Source: an uncultured Gammaproteobacteria bacterium (lineage in GTDB: Bacteria; Patescibacteriota; Patescibacteriia; Patescibacteriales; GWE2-39-37). From it: a stretch of DNA of 64,000 nucleotides. Both the position numbers and the translations under genes were made by a program. Under the pieces are notes generated by a model. It was given only the letters and a program-made list of their open reading frames with translations, did no database searches and was not told the origin of the DNA. The DNA lies in NCBI GenBank assembly GCA_964443495.1, contig CAYUCS010000002.1, forward strand, positions 260,021-324,020, read 5' to 3'. Below are positions 30,261-38,427 of this stretch, piece by piece (the first letter of the stretch is position 1; the number at the start of each line of letters is the position of its first letter).

Positions 30261-31181
30261 TCAATTGCCGTTAGCCACGCCGAATGGTATATGGACCAAG
30301 GGCACGCCATCGACATCGCTCAGGTGGACCAATTGGTCATCGAAATACATGTGCGGCCTGAGCTTTTCCAAAACTGCCTTCTTGGGCAGTCCGCCCAAGA
30401 AGAAAGCATAATCGACCTCGACACCCCAGGCGCGCAGCGTGGTAACGAACCGTTCATGGGCTGGTGCGCATCTGGCCGTGACGATCGCCGTCTTGATCAG
30501 GCGGCGATATGCCGGATCAGCCGATTCAGCGGCTAATTCAAGCTGCCTGATAGCCATCAGCTGACGCACCAGGCGGGCCAATGGGCCGGATTTGTGCGCA
30601 ACCGCTGCCGAATCCTCTTCCGAAGACTGGAATTCATCCAGACCGCGTTCTTTGTAAACCCGTTCTGCTGCATCGTCGATGATGACGCCGTCAAAATCGA
30701 ATGCTATCCGCAGTTCGCCATCATCTCCGTCATCCACCGCTTTGTTGCCGATAACCAGGCCGGCGCTATACCCCCTTCTCAAGGATTCGCGAACGTCCTG
30801 CTCGTTGCCGGACAAGAAAAGCGAGATGTTGAACGCCGGCAGAAAATCATAGAACTCGCCGCCAGGGAAGAAGCTCCCTCTCGTGATATCGAGTCCATAA
30901 TGCTTGATCGAGCGGAAGACTCTCAAGCCGGTTTCAGGACTGTTGTGCGAGAACAGGATGACTTCGACTGGACGTAATTCCGGAAAAATCTGATTCAGCC
31001 GCAAAAAGCGCCTGATGAACGGGAAGGCGGTTCCCGGGCCGAGCGGCTTGTCGATATTCCGTTCCTGATACAGCTTGTAAGCTGCCGCCCCTTTCTTGAC
31101 GAACACTGCGTCCGAAGCTGCCAAATCGAAGAGCGCGCTGGAAGCGATGCCGATTACGATCTTACCTTCTAGCTTTTTCAC
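30261..31181 (-). CDS. 5'-nucleotidase-family protein (PF06189-like)
   Basis: 306 aa. ...IGIASSALFDL..., ...RIAFDFDGVIIDD... and ...AIVTARCAPAHERFVTTLRAWGVEVD..FFLGG resemble the bacterial 5'-nucleotidase (HAD-like) family. GTG start at 31181 with AAGGGAG 6 nt upstream. Confidence 0.7.
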   Translation of the reverse strand: MKKLEGKIVIGIASSALFDLAASDAVFVKKGAAAYKLYQERNIDKPLGPGTAFPFIRRFLRLNQIFPELRPVEVILFSHNSPETGLRVFRSIKHYGLDITRGSFFPGGEFYDFLPAFNISLFLSGNEQDVRESLRRGYSAGLVIGNKAVDDGDDGELRIAFDFDGVIIDDAAERVYKERGLDEFQSSEEDSAAVAHKSGPLARLVRQLMAIRQLELAAESADPAYRRLIKTAIVTARCAPAHERFVTTLRAWGVEVDYAFFLGGLPKKAVLEKLRPHMYFDDQLVHLSDVDGVPLVHIPFGVANGN

Positions 31182-31242
31182 GTTTATCTCCCTTCTTCAT
31201 TTATGAATGTGCGTATTTAATTTGCCTATCGAAAATAACCAC

Positions 31243-31532
31243 AAAAAAAACAGAGTAACCGCTCTGTTTGCCCTCTGACGTGGATGATTCTGCCTAGAAG
31301 CTAAAGGATAACCCTTATTAGCCCGGTAAAATCAAAGGAGGGAAGATTTTGCCAGACGGCTCCTAGACAAAGCTATCAACGCCAAAATGAATATGATACA
31401 ATTGTTCTATCCGTCAACGTTAGCGATCAAGGCACTACTTGCCATAAGGGATATAAGCCACGCATATGGTCAAGGAGGAAAGCCATATGTCGCACCACAC
31501 CCTTAAACAAGTAGTGCTTCAACCACTAACGA
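31243..31532 (-). ncRNA. candidate structured RNA: either a long cis-regulatory leader of the 5'-nucleotidase gene or an independent sRNA
   Basis: Bounded on the minus strand by TTGACA-17-TAAGGT (31567-31539) and an intrinsic terminator (CAGAG-CGGTTA-CTCTG plus U8, 31266-31243). It contains a 10-bp stem (31508-31520 with 31429-41), nested helices, and two apical loops exposing CCUCC. There is no convincing ORF. Confidence 0.5.
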
Positions 31533-31538
31533 TACCCT

Positions 31539-31567
31539 ACCTTATCACGAAGGCTAACTATTGTCAA
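31539..31567 (-). promoter_or_regulatory. candidate promoter of the structured RNA / 5'-nucleotidase leader
   Basis: The minus strand reads TTGACA-17 nt-TAAGGT with a TG two nt upstream of the -10 (extended -10-like). Confidence 0.45.
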
Positions 31568-31598
31568 TAGCCCGCTTATTAACCTTTTTTGCACATAA

Positions 31599-32699
31599 AT
31601 GGCATCGGAATCGGTAATCTGGGCCGCCATCGGCTCTTTTTCTAAATTCGGGCCCGCCAGGCTAAGCCGGCTCGAAGCGCATTTCCGGGCAGCAGCCAGA
31701 GTTCTCGAGGCCCCAGCCAACGAGCTGGCCAATGCCGGGCTTGAACCATCCCTGGCCCAGGAATTCGTGGCCTGGCGCCATAGCCTGAATCTGGCCCAAT
31801 TCCAGGAACAACTGGAACGGGAAAAGATCAATATAATAATGCGCGCCGACCCGGAATACCCGGAATTATTGGCCGCGACTTACCAACCGCCATTCCTATT
31901 ATATAGCCGAGGATTTGCCAGTGGCAAAGAGTCGGCCCTAGCCGTAGTCGGAGCCAGAAAATTCAGCGTTTATGGGCGCCAAGCAGTCGAGCAACTGGTC
32001 GGGCAGGTTGCCAGAAATATCACCATCGTCAGCGGCTTAGCCCTGGGAATCGACGCCCTCGCCCATCAAGCCTCGCTGGAAGCTGGCGGGCGCACCGTGG
32101 CAGTGCTGGGCTCAGGCCTAGACAAGCAGAATATCTATCCCTCGAACAACCGCTACCTGGCCGACAAGATCATCGCCAACGGCGGACAGCTGCTATCCGA
32201 ATTCGCCCCAGGCACCCCGCCATTGAAACACCACTTCCCTTTGCGCAACCGCATCATTTCGGGAATCAGCCGAGCCACCCTGGTAATCGAGGCGGCCATC
32301 AAATCCGGCTCACTCATCACCGCCTACCAAGCACTTGAACAAGGTCGAGAGGTTTTTGCCGTGCCCGGCAGCATCTATTCTCCCCTGTCCGCTGGCACCA
32401 ACCAACTGATCAAACAAGGGGCCACTAGCATCACTTCGGCGGACGACATCATCTCTGCCCTTGACTTAACAGACCTAAGTCAGTATATTGAGAAGCATGC
32501 CAAGACAAAAACCCCGCCTTCGCTCGAACCGACCGAGGCGGCAATCATGTCGGCACTGGGGCAAGAGGCCAAGCATATCGAGCTAATTATAGCCGAAACC
32601 GGGCTTTCTGCTAGCCAGGCCAACGGCGCCCTGACCCTTCTTGAAATCAAGGGTTTGGCCAGGAATGTCGGCGGCATGCAATACATAAAAAAATTTTAA
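31599..32699 (+). CDS. dprA: DNA-processing protein DprA (Smf)
   Basis: ...VSGLALGIDALAHQASL..., ...RNRIISGISRATLVIEAAIKSGSLITA..ALEQGREVFAVPGSI... are the Rossmann-like DprA core. A C-terminal winged-helix-like tail follows. Confidence 0.93.
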   Translation: MASESVIWAAIGSFSKFGPARLSRLEAHFRAAARVLEAPANELANAGLEPSLAQEFVAWRHSLNLAQFQEQLEREKINIIMRADPEYPELLAATYQPPFLLYSRGFASGKESALAVVGARKFSVYGRQAVEQLVGQVARNITIVSGLALGIDALAHQASLEAGGRTVAVLGSGLDKQNIYPSNNRYLADKIIANGGQLLSEFAPGTPPLKHHFPLRNRIISGISRATLVIEAAIKSGSLITAYQALEQGREVFAVPGSIYSPLSAGTNQLIKQGATSITSADDIISALDLTDLSQYIEKHAKTKTPPSLEPTEAAIMSALGQEAKHIELIIAETGLSASQANGALTLLEIKGLARNVGGMQYIKKF

Positions 32700-32724
32700 A
32701 TTTAAAATTTTAAATTTAAAATTA
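32688..32724. repeat. AT-only phased A/T-tract repeat between dprA and topA
   Basis: aaaaaaattttaaatttaaaattttaaatttaaaatta. It contains the same 19-mer (aaatttaaaattttaaatt) as 20481-20499. Confidence 0.7.
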
Positions 32725-32783
32725 TCGGGCTCACGAACTAGATCTCGATAATTTTTCATTACTATTTTAAAACTAGCTAATTC

Positions 32784-35054
32784 ATGAACCTGATAATTGT
32801 CGAGTCACCGACCAAAGCCAAGACCATCGCCAAATTCGTCGGCCGGGGCTTCAAGGTCGAATCTTCATTCGGCCACATCCGCGACCTCCCTAAACGCGAC
32901 CTCGGTGTCGATGTCGAGAACAACTTCCAGCCGAAATATGTCATTCCGACCGCTTCGCGCAAGACCGTCACCAAGCTGAAGAAGGCGGCGGAAAAGGCTA
33001 AGAAAGTCATCCTGGCGTCGGATGAAGACCGCGAAGGAGAAGCGATCGCCTGGCACTTGGCACAAGCCCTTGGCCTGGACAAGACTCCTGAGCGGACCGA
33101 ACGGATCGTCTTCCACGAGATTACTGAAAAGGCCATCAAAGAAGCCTTGGAGCATCCGCGCACTATCGACGAAAAATTGGTGGACGCCCAGCAGGCTCGC
33201 CGCGTCCTTGACCGCTTAGTCGGCTACAAGCTTTCGCCTTTCCTTTGGAAAAAGGTAGTTAAAGGGCTGTCCGCCGGCCGCGTGCAAAGCGTGGCCGTCC
33301 GCCTAGTCGTTGAACGCGAACGGGAAATCCAGAAATTCCAAACCGAAGAATTCTGGACTATTGATGCCCTCCTCGACACTGACAAGCAGGAAAGACTTGA
33401 GGCTCGCTTGGTTAAAATTAACAACGACACTCTGGAAAAGTTTTCCATCCCCACTGAAGCTAAAGCCAACGATATAGTCACTGCCCTTGCCGGCGCCGAT
33501 TACCAAGTACTGGATATCAAGCAGAGGCAAGCCAAGCGCACCGCGCCTAAACCCTTCACGACTTCCACCCTGCAACAGACTGCCAACCGCTGGCTCGGTT
33601 TCTCTGCCAAACAGACCATGATGCTAGCTCAACAGCTTTACGAAGGTATCGACTTGGCCGGCGAAGGTCATGTCGGCTTGATCACCTACATGCGCACTGA
33701 CTCATTGAACCTGTCAGAAAAATTCCTCGGCGAAGCTAAGACCTATCTGCAGGAATCGATCGGTTCAGCTTACGCGCTCGACAAGCCGCGTACTTTCAAG
33801 ACCAAAAGCAAAGGTGCCCAAGAAGCACATGAAGCCATCCGTCCGACCGAAGCCGTCCGCACCCCGGAAAGCATCAAGGCCTCTTTGAATCCGAACCAAT
33901 ACAAACTATACAAGCTGATCTGGCAACGAAGCATCGCCAGCCAGATGCCGGATGCCCGCGTCCTCTCGACCGATATCGAAATCGAGGCCAAACACGCCGA
34001 CAAGAATGACCGCTGGCTATTCAAGTGCACCGGCCAAGTCTTGGAGTTCGACGGTTACTTGAAAATCTACCCGGAAAAAAGCACCGAAACCATCCTGCCT
34101 TCAGTCAAGCCGGAGGAAATCTTGTCTTTGGCAGAAATCAAGCCTGAACAGCACTATACCAAACCGCCCGCCCGCTACTCTGACGCCGGATTGGTCAAAG
34201 TTCTGGAACGCTATGGCATAGGCCGTCCGTCCACCTACGCCCCGACCATCGCCACGATCGAAACCAGGCATTACGTCACCCGCGACGATGGCAAGCGTTT
34301 GCAGCCGACCGACATCGCCTTTACGGTCAACGACCTTCTAGTTGAGCACTTCCCAGAAATCGTCGATTTCGAGTTTACGGCCAAGATGGAAAACGACTTC
34401 GACGACATCGCTGAAGGCAAGCGCGAATGGCAGCCGGTCATCAAGGATTTCTTCGAGCCGTTCATGGCCAACCTGGACAATAAATATAAATCAATCAATA
34501 AGGAGGACATTATGCCTGAAGAAAAGACCGAGGAAGTCTGCGACAAGTGCGGCTCCCCGATGATTATTAAGACAGGGCGCTACGGCAAGTTCCTGGCCTG
34601 CTCCAACTTCCCGGATTGCCGTAACATCAAATCCCTTAACGGCGGCGCCCCGGGCCAGCCAGGCGAAAAGACCGACAAGATCAAGGAACTCGAAGAGAAA
34701 TACAAGGATACGGTCTGTGAAAAATGCGGTTCGCCCATGGCCATCAAGACCGGCCGCTTCGGCCCGTTCCTGGCCTGCACCGGCTACCCGAAGTGCAAGA
34801 ACATCAAGGGTATCGACAACCCGGCCGCCAACACCGGCATCAAGTGCCAGGCCTGCGGCAAAGGCGAGATCGTGATGAAGCGCTCGAAACGCGGCACTTT
34901 CTATGCCTGCAACAATTACCCTGACTGCAAGACATCGTTCCCAGGCAAGCCGACCGGCGAAAAATGCCCCGACTGCGGCTCACTTCTGATCGAAGACAAG
35001 GACAGCGGCGTCAAATGCAGCCAGAAGGGCTGCGGCTACCAAGTACAGCTATAA
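32784..35054 (+). CDS. topA: DNA topoisomerase I
   Basis: 756 aa. TOPRIM start MNLIIVESPTKAKTI..., active-site region ...GLITYMRTDS..., and four C-terminal CxxC...CxxC zinc ribbons. Confidence 0.97.
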   Translation: MNLIIVESPTKAKTIAKFVGRGFKVESSFGHIRDLPKRDLGVDVENNFQPKYVIPTASRKTVTKLKKAAEKAKKVILASDEDREGEAIAWHLAQALGLDKTPERTERIVFHEITEKAIKEALEHPRTIDEKLVDAQQARRVLDRLVGYKLSPFLWKKVVKGLSAGRVQSVAVRLVVEREREIQKFQTEEFWTIDALLDTDKQERLEARLVKINNDTLEKFSIPTEAKANDIVTALAGADYQVLDIKQRQAKRTAPKPFTTSTLQQTANRWLGFSAKQTMMLAQQLYEGIDLAGEGHVGLITYMRTDSLNLSEKFLGEAKTYLQESIGSAYALDKPRTFKTKSKGAQEAHEAIRPTEAVRTPESIKASLNPNQYKLYKLIWQRSIASQMPDARVLSTDIEIEAKHADKNDRWLFKCTGQVLEFDGYLKIYPEKSTETILPSVKPEEILSLAEIKPEQHYTKPPARYSDAGLVKVLERYGIGRPSTYAPTIATIETRHYVTRDDGKRLQPTDIAFTVNDLLVEHFPEIVDFEFTAKMENDFDDIAEGKREWQPVIKDFFEPFMANLDNKYKSINKEDIMPEEKTEEVCDKCGSPMIIKTGRYGKFLACSNFPDCRNIKSLNGGAPGQPGEKTDKIKELEEKYKDTVCEKCGSPMAIKTGRFGPFLACTGYPKCKNIKGIDNPAANTGIKCQACGKGEIVMKRSKRGTFYACNNYPDCKTSFPGKPTGEKCPDCGSLLIEDKDSGVKCSQKGCGYQVQL

Positions 35055-35066
35055 TAAGGCTCACAT

Positions 35067-35099
35067 AAAAAACATCGCCCGCCACGGGCGATGTTTTTT
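35067..35099. terminator. bidirectional intrinsic terminator
   Basis: A6-CATCGCCC-5 nt loop-GGGCGATG-T6, directly after topA. Confidence 0.85.
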
Positions 35100-35130
35100 A
35101 TGTTTTCAACAACAGACCACCGAATCGAAT

Positions 35131-35154
35131 AAAAAAAGCCTACTTGCGTAGGCT
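35131..35154 (-). terminator. intrinsic terminator
   Basis: AGCCTAC-GCAA-GTAGGCT followed by U7 on the minus strand, downstream of ORF 35171-35416. Confidence 0.8.
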
Positions 35155-35170
35155 GTGCAATGCACGGCAG

Positions 35171-35416
35171 TCAGTCGGCTTTGGTTACCAGCATCTCCTT
35201 GCCGGTGAATCCGTCCGCTTGCACGGCATAAAGGTTGACCCAGTCATCCAGGACTTTGCGGATGGCAGCCCGCCTTCCTGTTTCAGGTTCGGCTGCCTGC
35301 ATTTCGGCCAAGAACTCACCGACGGCCGGGCTGCCTTCGTCCAGATCCTCGGCCAACTGAGAATGTCTCGGGAAAAGCTCCTTAACTTCTTGAATGAACG
35401 CTTCCGGGTATTCCAT
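35171..35416 (-). CDS. hypothetical acidic 81-aa protein
   Basis: ATG 35416 is preceded by GGAGG at 5-nt spacing. It has its own promoter and terminator. No recognisable motif. Confidence 0.6.
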   Translation of the reverse strand: MEYPEAFIQEVKELFPRHSQLAEDLDEGSPAVGEFLAEMQAAEPETGRRAAIRKVLDDWVNLYAVQADGFTGKEMLVTKAD

Positions 35417-35461
35417 ACGACCCTCCTTTCGGGCTTGCGTTATCAACTGTCCTGATTTGAA

Positions 35462-35490
35462 AGATTAACGCGACTAATAATAATTGTCAA
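35462..35490 (-). promoter_or_regulatory. candidate sigma70-type promoter
   Basis: The minus strand reads TTGACA-17 nt-TAATCT, upstream of ORF 35171-35416. Confidence 0.5.
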
Positions 35491-35543
35491 TAAAATAAAC
35501 GTGCTTCGCATGTGAATGCTGAGCCGTGTTTCTTGACCGATAT

Positions 35544-35575
35544 AAAAACAGCGGGCCTGCCGGCTCGCTGTTTTT
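35544..35575. terminator. bidirectional intrinsic terminator
   Basis: A5-CAGCGGGCC-TGCC-GGCTCGCTG-T5 with a 9-bp stem, downstream of ORF 35588-35884. Confidence 0.8.
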
Positions 35576-35587
35576 ATATCGAAAATG

Positions 35588-35884
35588 CTATTTTTTACGG
35601 CTTTTCTTTTCCCCGCTATATTTGATTGCGACTTCGACTAATTTCTTCATCGCCTCGCCGATCAGCAAGAGGTAAGAAGCGCTATGCTCGATCTTGTCCT
35701 TGAGCGCGTCGATGACCGTTCCGACTTTTTCAATCTTCTCATTGACGCCATGGACGACCTTAAAAGCCTCGCGCACCATCATCACCATATAGAAGATGAA
35801 CCAGCCGATCAGCACGGACAAGAGCAAAGCGCAGAAGGCTAAAGTCAGATTCAGCACGTCCTGGCTTGATTGCAAAAGATACAT
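35588..35884 (-). CDS. small membrane protein downstream of pheT
   Basis: 98 aa. One or two N-terminal TM helices (LNLTLAFCALLLSVLIGWFIFYMVMMV) followed by an amphipathic helix. Confidence 0.6.
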   Translation of the reverse strand: MYLLQSSQDVLNLTLAFCALLLSVLIGWFIFYMVMMVREAFKVVHGVNEKIEKVGTVIDALKDKIEHSASYLLLIGEAMKKLVEVAIKYSGEKKSRKK

Positions 35885-35901
35885 ACTCCTTGATTTATGT
35901 A

Positions 35902-38322
35902 TTAAAAGTCTCGAAACTTGGCATCGAAGCGCTCAGCCATCCGCTCTAGCAGCTTGGCCTGCACCTTATCGACCTCCTCGCCGGTCAGCGTGCGGTCAGC
36001 CTGATAGGTCACGTGGAAGGCCAGGCTCTTGTTCTCCTCGCCGAGCTTGCCACCCTGGAAGACATCGAACAGCTCGGCCTGCTTGATCAGCGGATTGAAT
36101 TTCAGGATTTCCTGGCTGATTTCACTATAAAGGATTTTCTCATTGACGACAAACGCCAAGTCGCGCACCAGCGGCGGAAACTTCTCGAACTCCTGGTACA
36201 GGCCGTGGCCTTGTTTCTTGGCCAGCGCTAACAGGTGTCTCAAGGAAACCTCGGCTACGACCGCAGCTTTCTTTATGCCCAGACTCTTGGCCACTTTGGC
36301 ATCAAGCTGGCCGACCCAGCCAATGACCTTGCCATTGACCGCGATATCGGCGTAACGAGACTTGTCCGACCAGTTCGGGGTGATCTCATTCGGCTGCCAG
36401 GAAATATGCAAGTTCAGCGACTCGGTCAGATACTCCAAAGCGCCTTTGACCCGCCTGAGCAGATCAGCCGCATTGTCGCTGGCCATGACTAGACCCAGCC
36501 GCTTCTCCTGGTACGGCAGCGACTCGCCCGGCTGGCCGTCCTTGTTAACCTCGCTCGGAAGATCGAGATAGATGCTGCCGATCTCGAACAAGCCGAAATC
36601 CTTATACCGCGGCTGATTGGTTTTGACCGCATCGACCAGGTTCGGCAAAAGGCTCTGGCGCATCATGGTCTGATGCGAGGCCAGCGGATTGACTAGACGC
36701 AGATGCGTGCTCGTGTCGATGAACAGCTTCTTGAGCTGCTCTTCGCCGACGAAGGAATAATTATAAACCTCGAACAAGCCGGTGCCGAATGCGAGAAGCT
36801 CGCGCACTTGACGTTCCAAGTCGCGTTCCTCGTTCTTTTCCGGGGGCAGCATGGCTACCAGCGGCATGACCGTCTTGATATTATTGAAACCGTAAATGCG
36901 GGCGACTTCTTCGGCCAAATCTTCCCGGATCGAAACATCTTTGGTGGCGCGCCAAGTCGGCACGGTCACGGCCAGCGCTTCCTTGTCTTGCTTCACGCCG
37001 AAACCGAGGCTTTCAAGGATTGATATTACCCGTTCAGCTTTGAAATCCTCGCCGATCATCGAGTTGAGCCAGGCCAGATCCAATTTGATAACGTCCAGAT
37101 CCTTTTTCTTAGCTGGGAAAACATCGACCAATTCGGTCGCGACCTTGGCACCCGGGCAGACCTTCAAAATCAATTCGGTTGCGCGCGCAATGGCTGTCTC
37201 AGCCAGATACGGATCAAGGGCCTTCTCGAAACGCATCGAGGACTCGGTACGCAAGGCCAATTTTCCTGAAGTCTTGCGGATCGAAACGAAGTCGAAATTT
37301 GCCGACTCGATCACGATATTCTTGGTATTGTCATTGATTTCGCTGTTGGCGCCGCCCATAATGCCAGCCAGGGCCACCGGCTTGGAGGAATCGGCAATGA
37401 CCAGCATCTCACTGGTCAATTCGCGCTTCTGTCCGTCAAGCGTTTCCATCGGTTCGCCATTCTTGGCACGGCGTACGACGATACGGTCAAGCTGCTCCTT
37501 ATCGAAAGCATGCAACGGCTGGCCCAGTTCGAGCATGACGTAGTTGGTGATATCGACGATATTGTTGATCGGGCGGGAACCGACCGCAATCAGCCGCTGC
37601 TGCAGCCACTCCGGCGACGGGGCGATAGTCACGTTCTCGATGCCGACCGCCATATAACGCTGGCAGAGTTGGGTGTCCTCAACCTTCGCTTCAATTGAAA
37701 ATCCCTTGGTCGGCTTGGCGAACAGTTTATGGTTCGGTTTATAATCAGTGAACTTAGTTTCAAGAAAGGCGGAAATTTCCCGGGCCATGCCCAGGTGTCC
37801 CCACAGGTCGGGACGGTTAGTCAGCGACTTGTTATCGACTTCGAGCACGACATCATCCAGCCCGAGGTATTTGGCCAACGGCTGGCCGACCTTGGCCTTG
37901 CCTTCGAGAATCAGGATGCCGGAATGGTCATCGCCCAGGCCGAGCTCATCAGGCGCGCAGAGCATGCCCTCGGAAGTCTCGCCCCGCACTTCGGCCTTCT
38001 TGATTTCCAGGCCATTAGGCAGCAAGGCGCCCACCAAAGCCACCGGAACCAGCTGGTCCGGCGCGATATTCGGCGCACCGCAGACGATGTGCAACGGCTG
38101 TTTGCCGCCGACTTCCACCTCGGCTAACTGCAGGCGGTCGGCGTTCGGGTGCTTCTTTACTTCCAGAATGCGCCCCACCACGACCTTGTCGAATTTCTCT
38201 GACTGTTTCTCGACCTTCTCGACCTCGACGGTATGCAGGCTCAAGCGAGTCGCCAGCTCTTCGGCCGTGACTCCCTTAGGAATCTTTACGTAATCTTGTA
38301 ACCAATTTAAAGATAAATACAT
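35902..38322 (-). CDS. pheT: phenylalanine--tRNA ligase beta subunit
   Basis: MYLSLNWLQDYV... is a typical PheT N-terminus, followed by tRNA-binding, B3/4, B5 and FDX-ACB-like regions. The start was set at ATG 38322. The track start at 38343 is a TTG inside the upstream heptad repeat. Confidence 0.95.
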   Translation of the reverse strand: MYLSLNWLQDYVKIPKGVTAEELATRLSLHTVEVEKVEKQSEKFDKVVVGRILEVKKHPNADRLQLAEVEVGGKQPLHIVCGAPNIAPDQLVPVALVGALLPNGLEIKKAEVRGETSEGMLCAPDELGLGDDHSGILILEGKAKVGQPLAKYLGLDDVVLEVDNKSLTNRPDLWGHLGMAREISAFLETKFTDYKPNHKLFAKPTKGFSIEAKVEDTQLCQRYMAVGIENVTIAPSPEWLQQRLIAVGSRPINNIVDITNYVMLELGQPLHAFDKEQLDRIVVRRAKNGEPMETLDGQKRELTSEMLVIADSSKPVALAGIMGGANSEINDNTKNIVIESANFDFVSIRKTSGKLALRTESSMRFEKALDPYLAETAIARATELILKVCPGAKVATELVDVFPAKKKDLDVIKLDLAWLNSMIGEDFKAERVISILESLGFGVKQDKEALAVTVPTWRATKDVSIREDLAEEVARIYGFNNIKTVMPLVAMLPPEKNEERDLERQVRELLAFGTGLFEVYNYSFVGEEQLKKLFIDTSTHLRLVNPLASHQTMMRQSLLPNLVDAVKTNQPRYKDFGLFEIGSIYLDLPSEVNKDGQPGESLPYQEKRLGLVMASDNAADLLRRVKGALEYLTESLNLHISWQPNEITPNWSDKSRYADIAVNGKVIGWVGQLDAKVAKSLGIKKAAVVAEVSLRHLLALAKKQGHGLYQEFEKFPPLVRDLAFVVNEKILYSEISQEILKFNPLIKQAELFDVFQGGKLGEENKSLAFHVTYQADRTLTGEEVDKVQAKLLERMAERFDAKFRDF

Positions 38323-38329
38323 AATAAAA

Positions 38330-38417
38330 TTTTCAATTTTCAATTTTCAATTTTCAAATTTGGGAATCCTTTGAAAATTATAGAATTGAAAATTTATTGA
38401 TCATTGATAATTGAAAA
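38330..38417. repeat. heptad repeat array in the pheS-pheT spacer: (TTTTCAA)x4 plus three inverted TTGAAAA copies
   Basis: Direct copies at 38330-38357. Inverted copies at 38371-77, 38386-92 and 38411-17. TTTTCAAA/TTTGAAAA can pair. Confidence 0.8.
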
Positions 38418-38427
38418 TCGATCGTTT

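Noticed and set aside
30002-30316. A 104-aa minus-strand ORF spanning the pth terminator and the end of the 5'-nucleotidase gene.
   Set aside because: It crosses an intrinsic terminator and overlaps two better-supported features. The 59-aa ORF at 30061-30240 has a GGAGG RBS and explains the region.
31472-31486. GGAGGAAAGCC on the plus strand resembles the RNase P RNA P4 sequence GAGGAAAGUCC.
   Set aside because: It lies at the wrong end of the intergenic region for a plus-strand RNase P RNA. No matching 3' P4 strand or other conserved RNase P elements are visible. The terminator and promoter both point to the minus strand.
31387-31570. Two plus-strand micro-ORFs in the 5'-nucleotidase/dprA gap: a 39-codon ORF from ATG 31387, and a 27-codon ORF from ATG 31487 with AAGGAGG 8 nt upstream.
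   Set aside because: They remain possible, but they overlap the helices of the predicted minus-strand RNA. The products look random. Nothing on the plus strand explains the strong minus-strand terminator. I keep them only as an alternative hypothesis.
38323-38343. N-terminal extensions caused by non-ATG track starts: pheT TTG 38343, GNAT TTG 49417, methyltransferase TTG 61983, 30264 TTG and 39925 TTG. Long upstream ATG extensions were also considered at 22236, 41547, 44481, 45775 and 35446.
   Set aside because: In each case an internal ATG with a GGAGG-type RBS, an ATGA stop-start overlap, or the beginning of family homology gives a better start. The extension falls in terminators, repeats or promoter sequence.
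38330-38417. The AT-rich tandem repeats at 20471-20510, 32688-32724 and 38330-38417 were considered as a possible CRISPR array or minisatellite.
   Set aside because: The units are 7-10 nt with no spacers of unique sequence. This is far too short for CRISPR repeats, and no cas genes are present.
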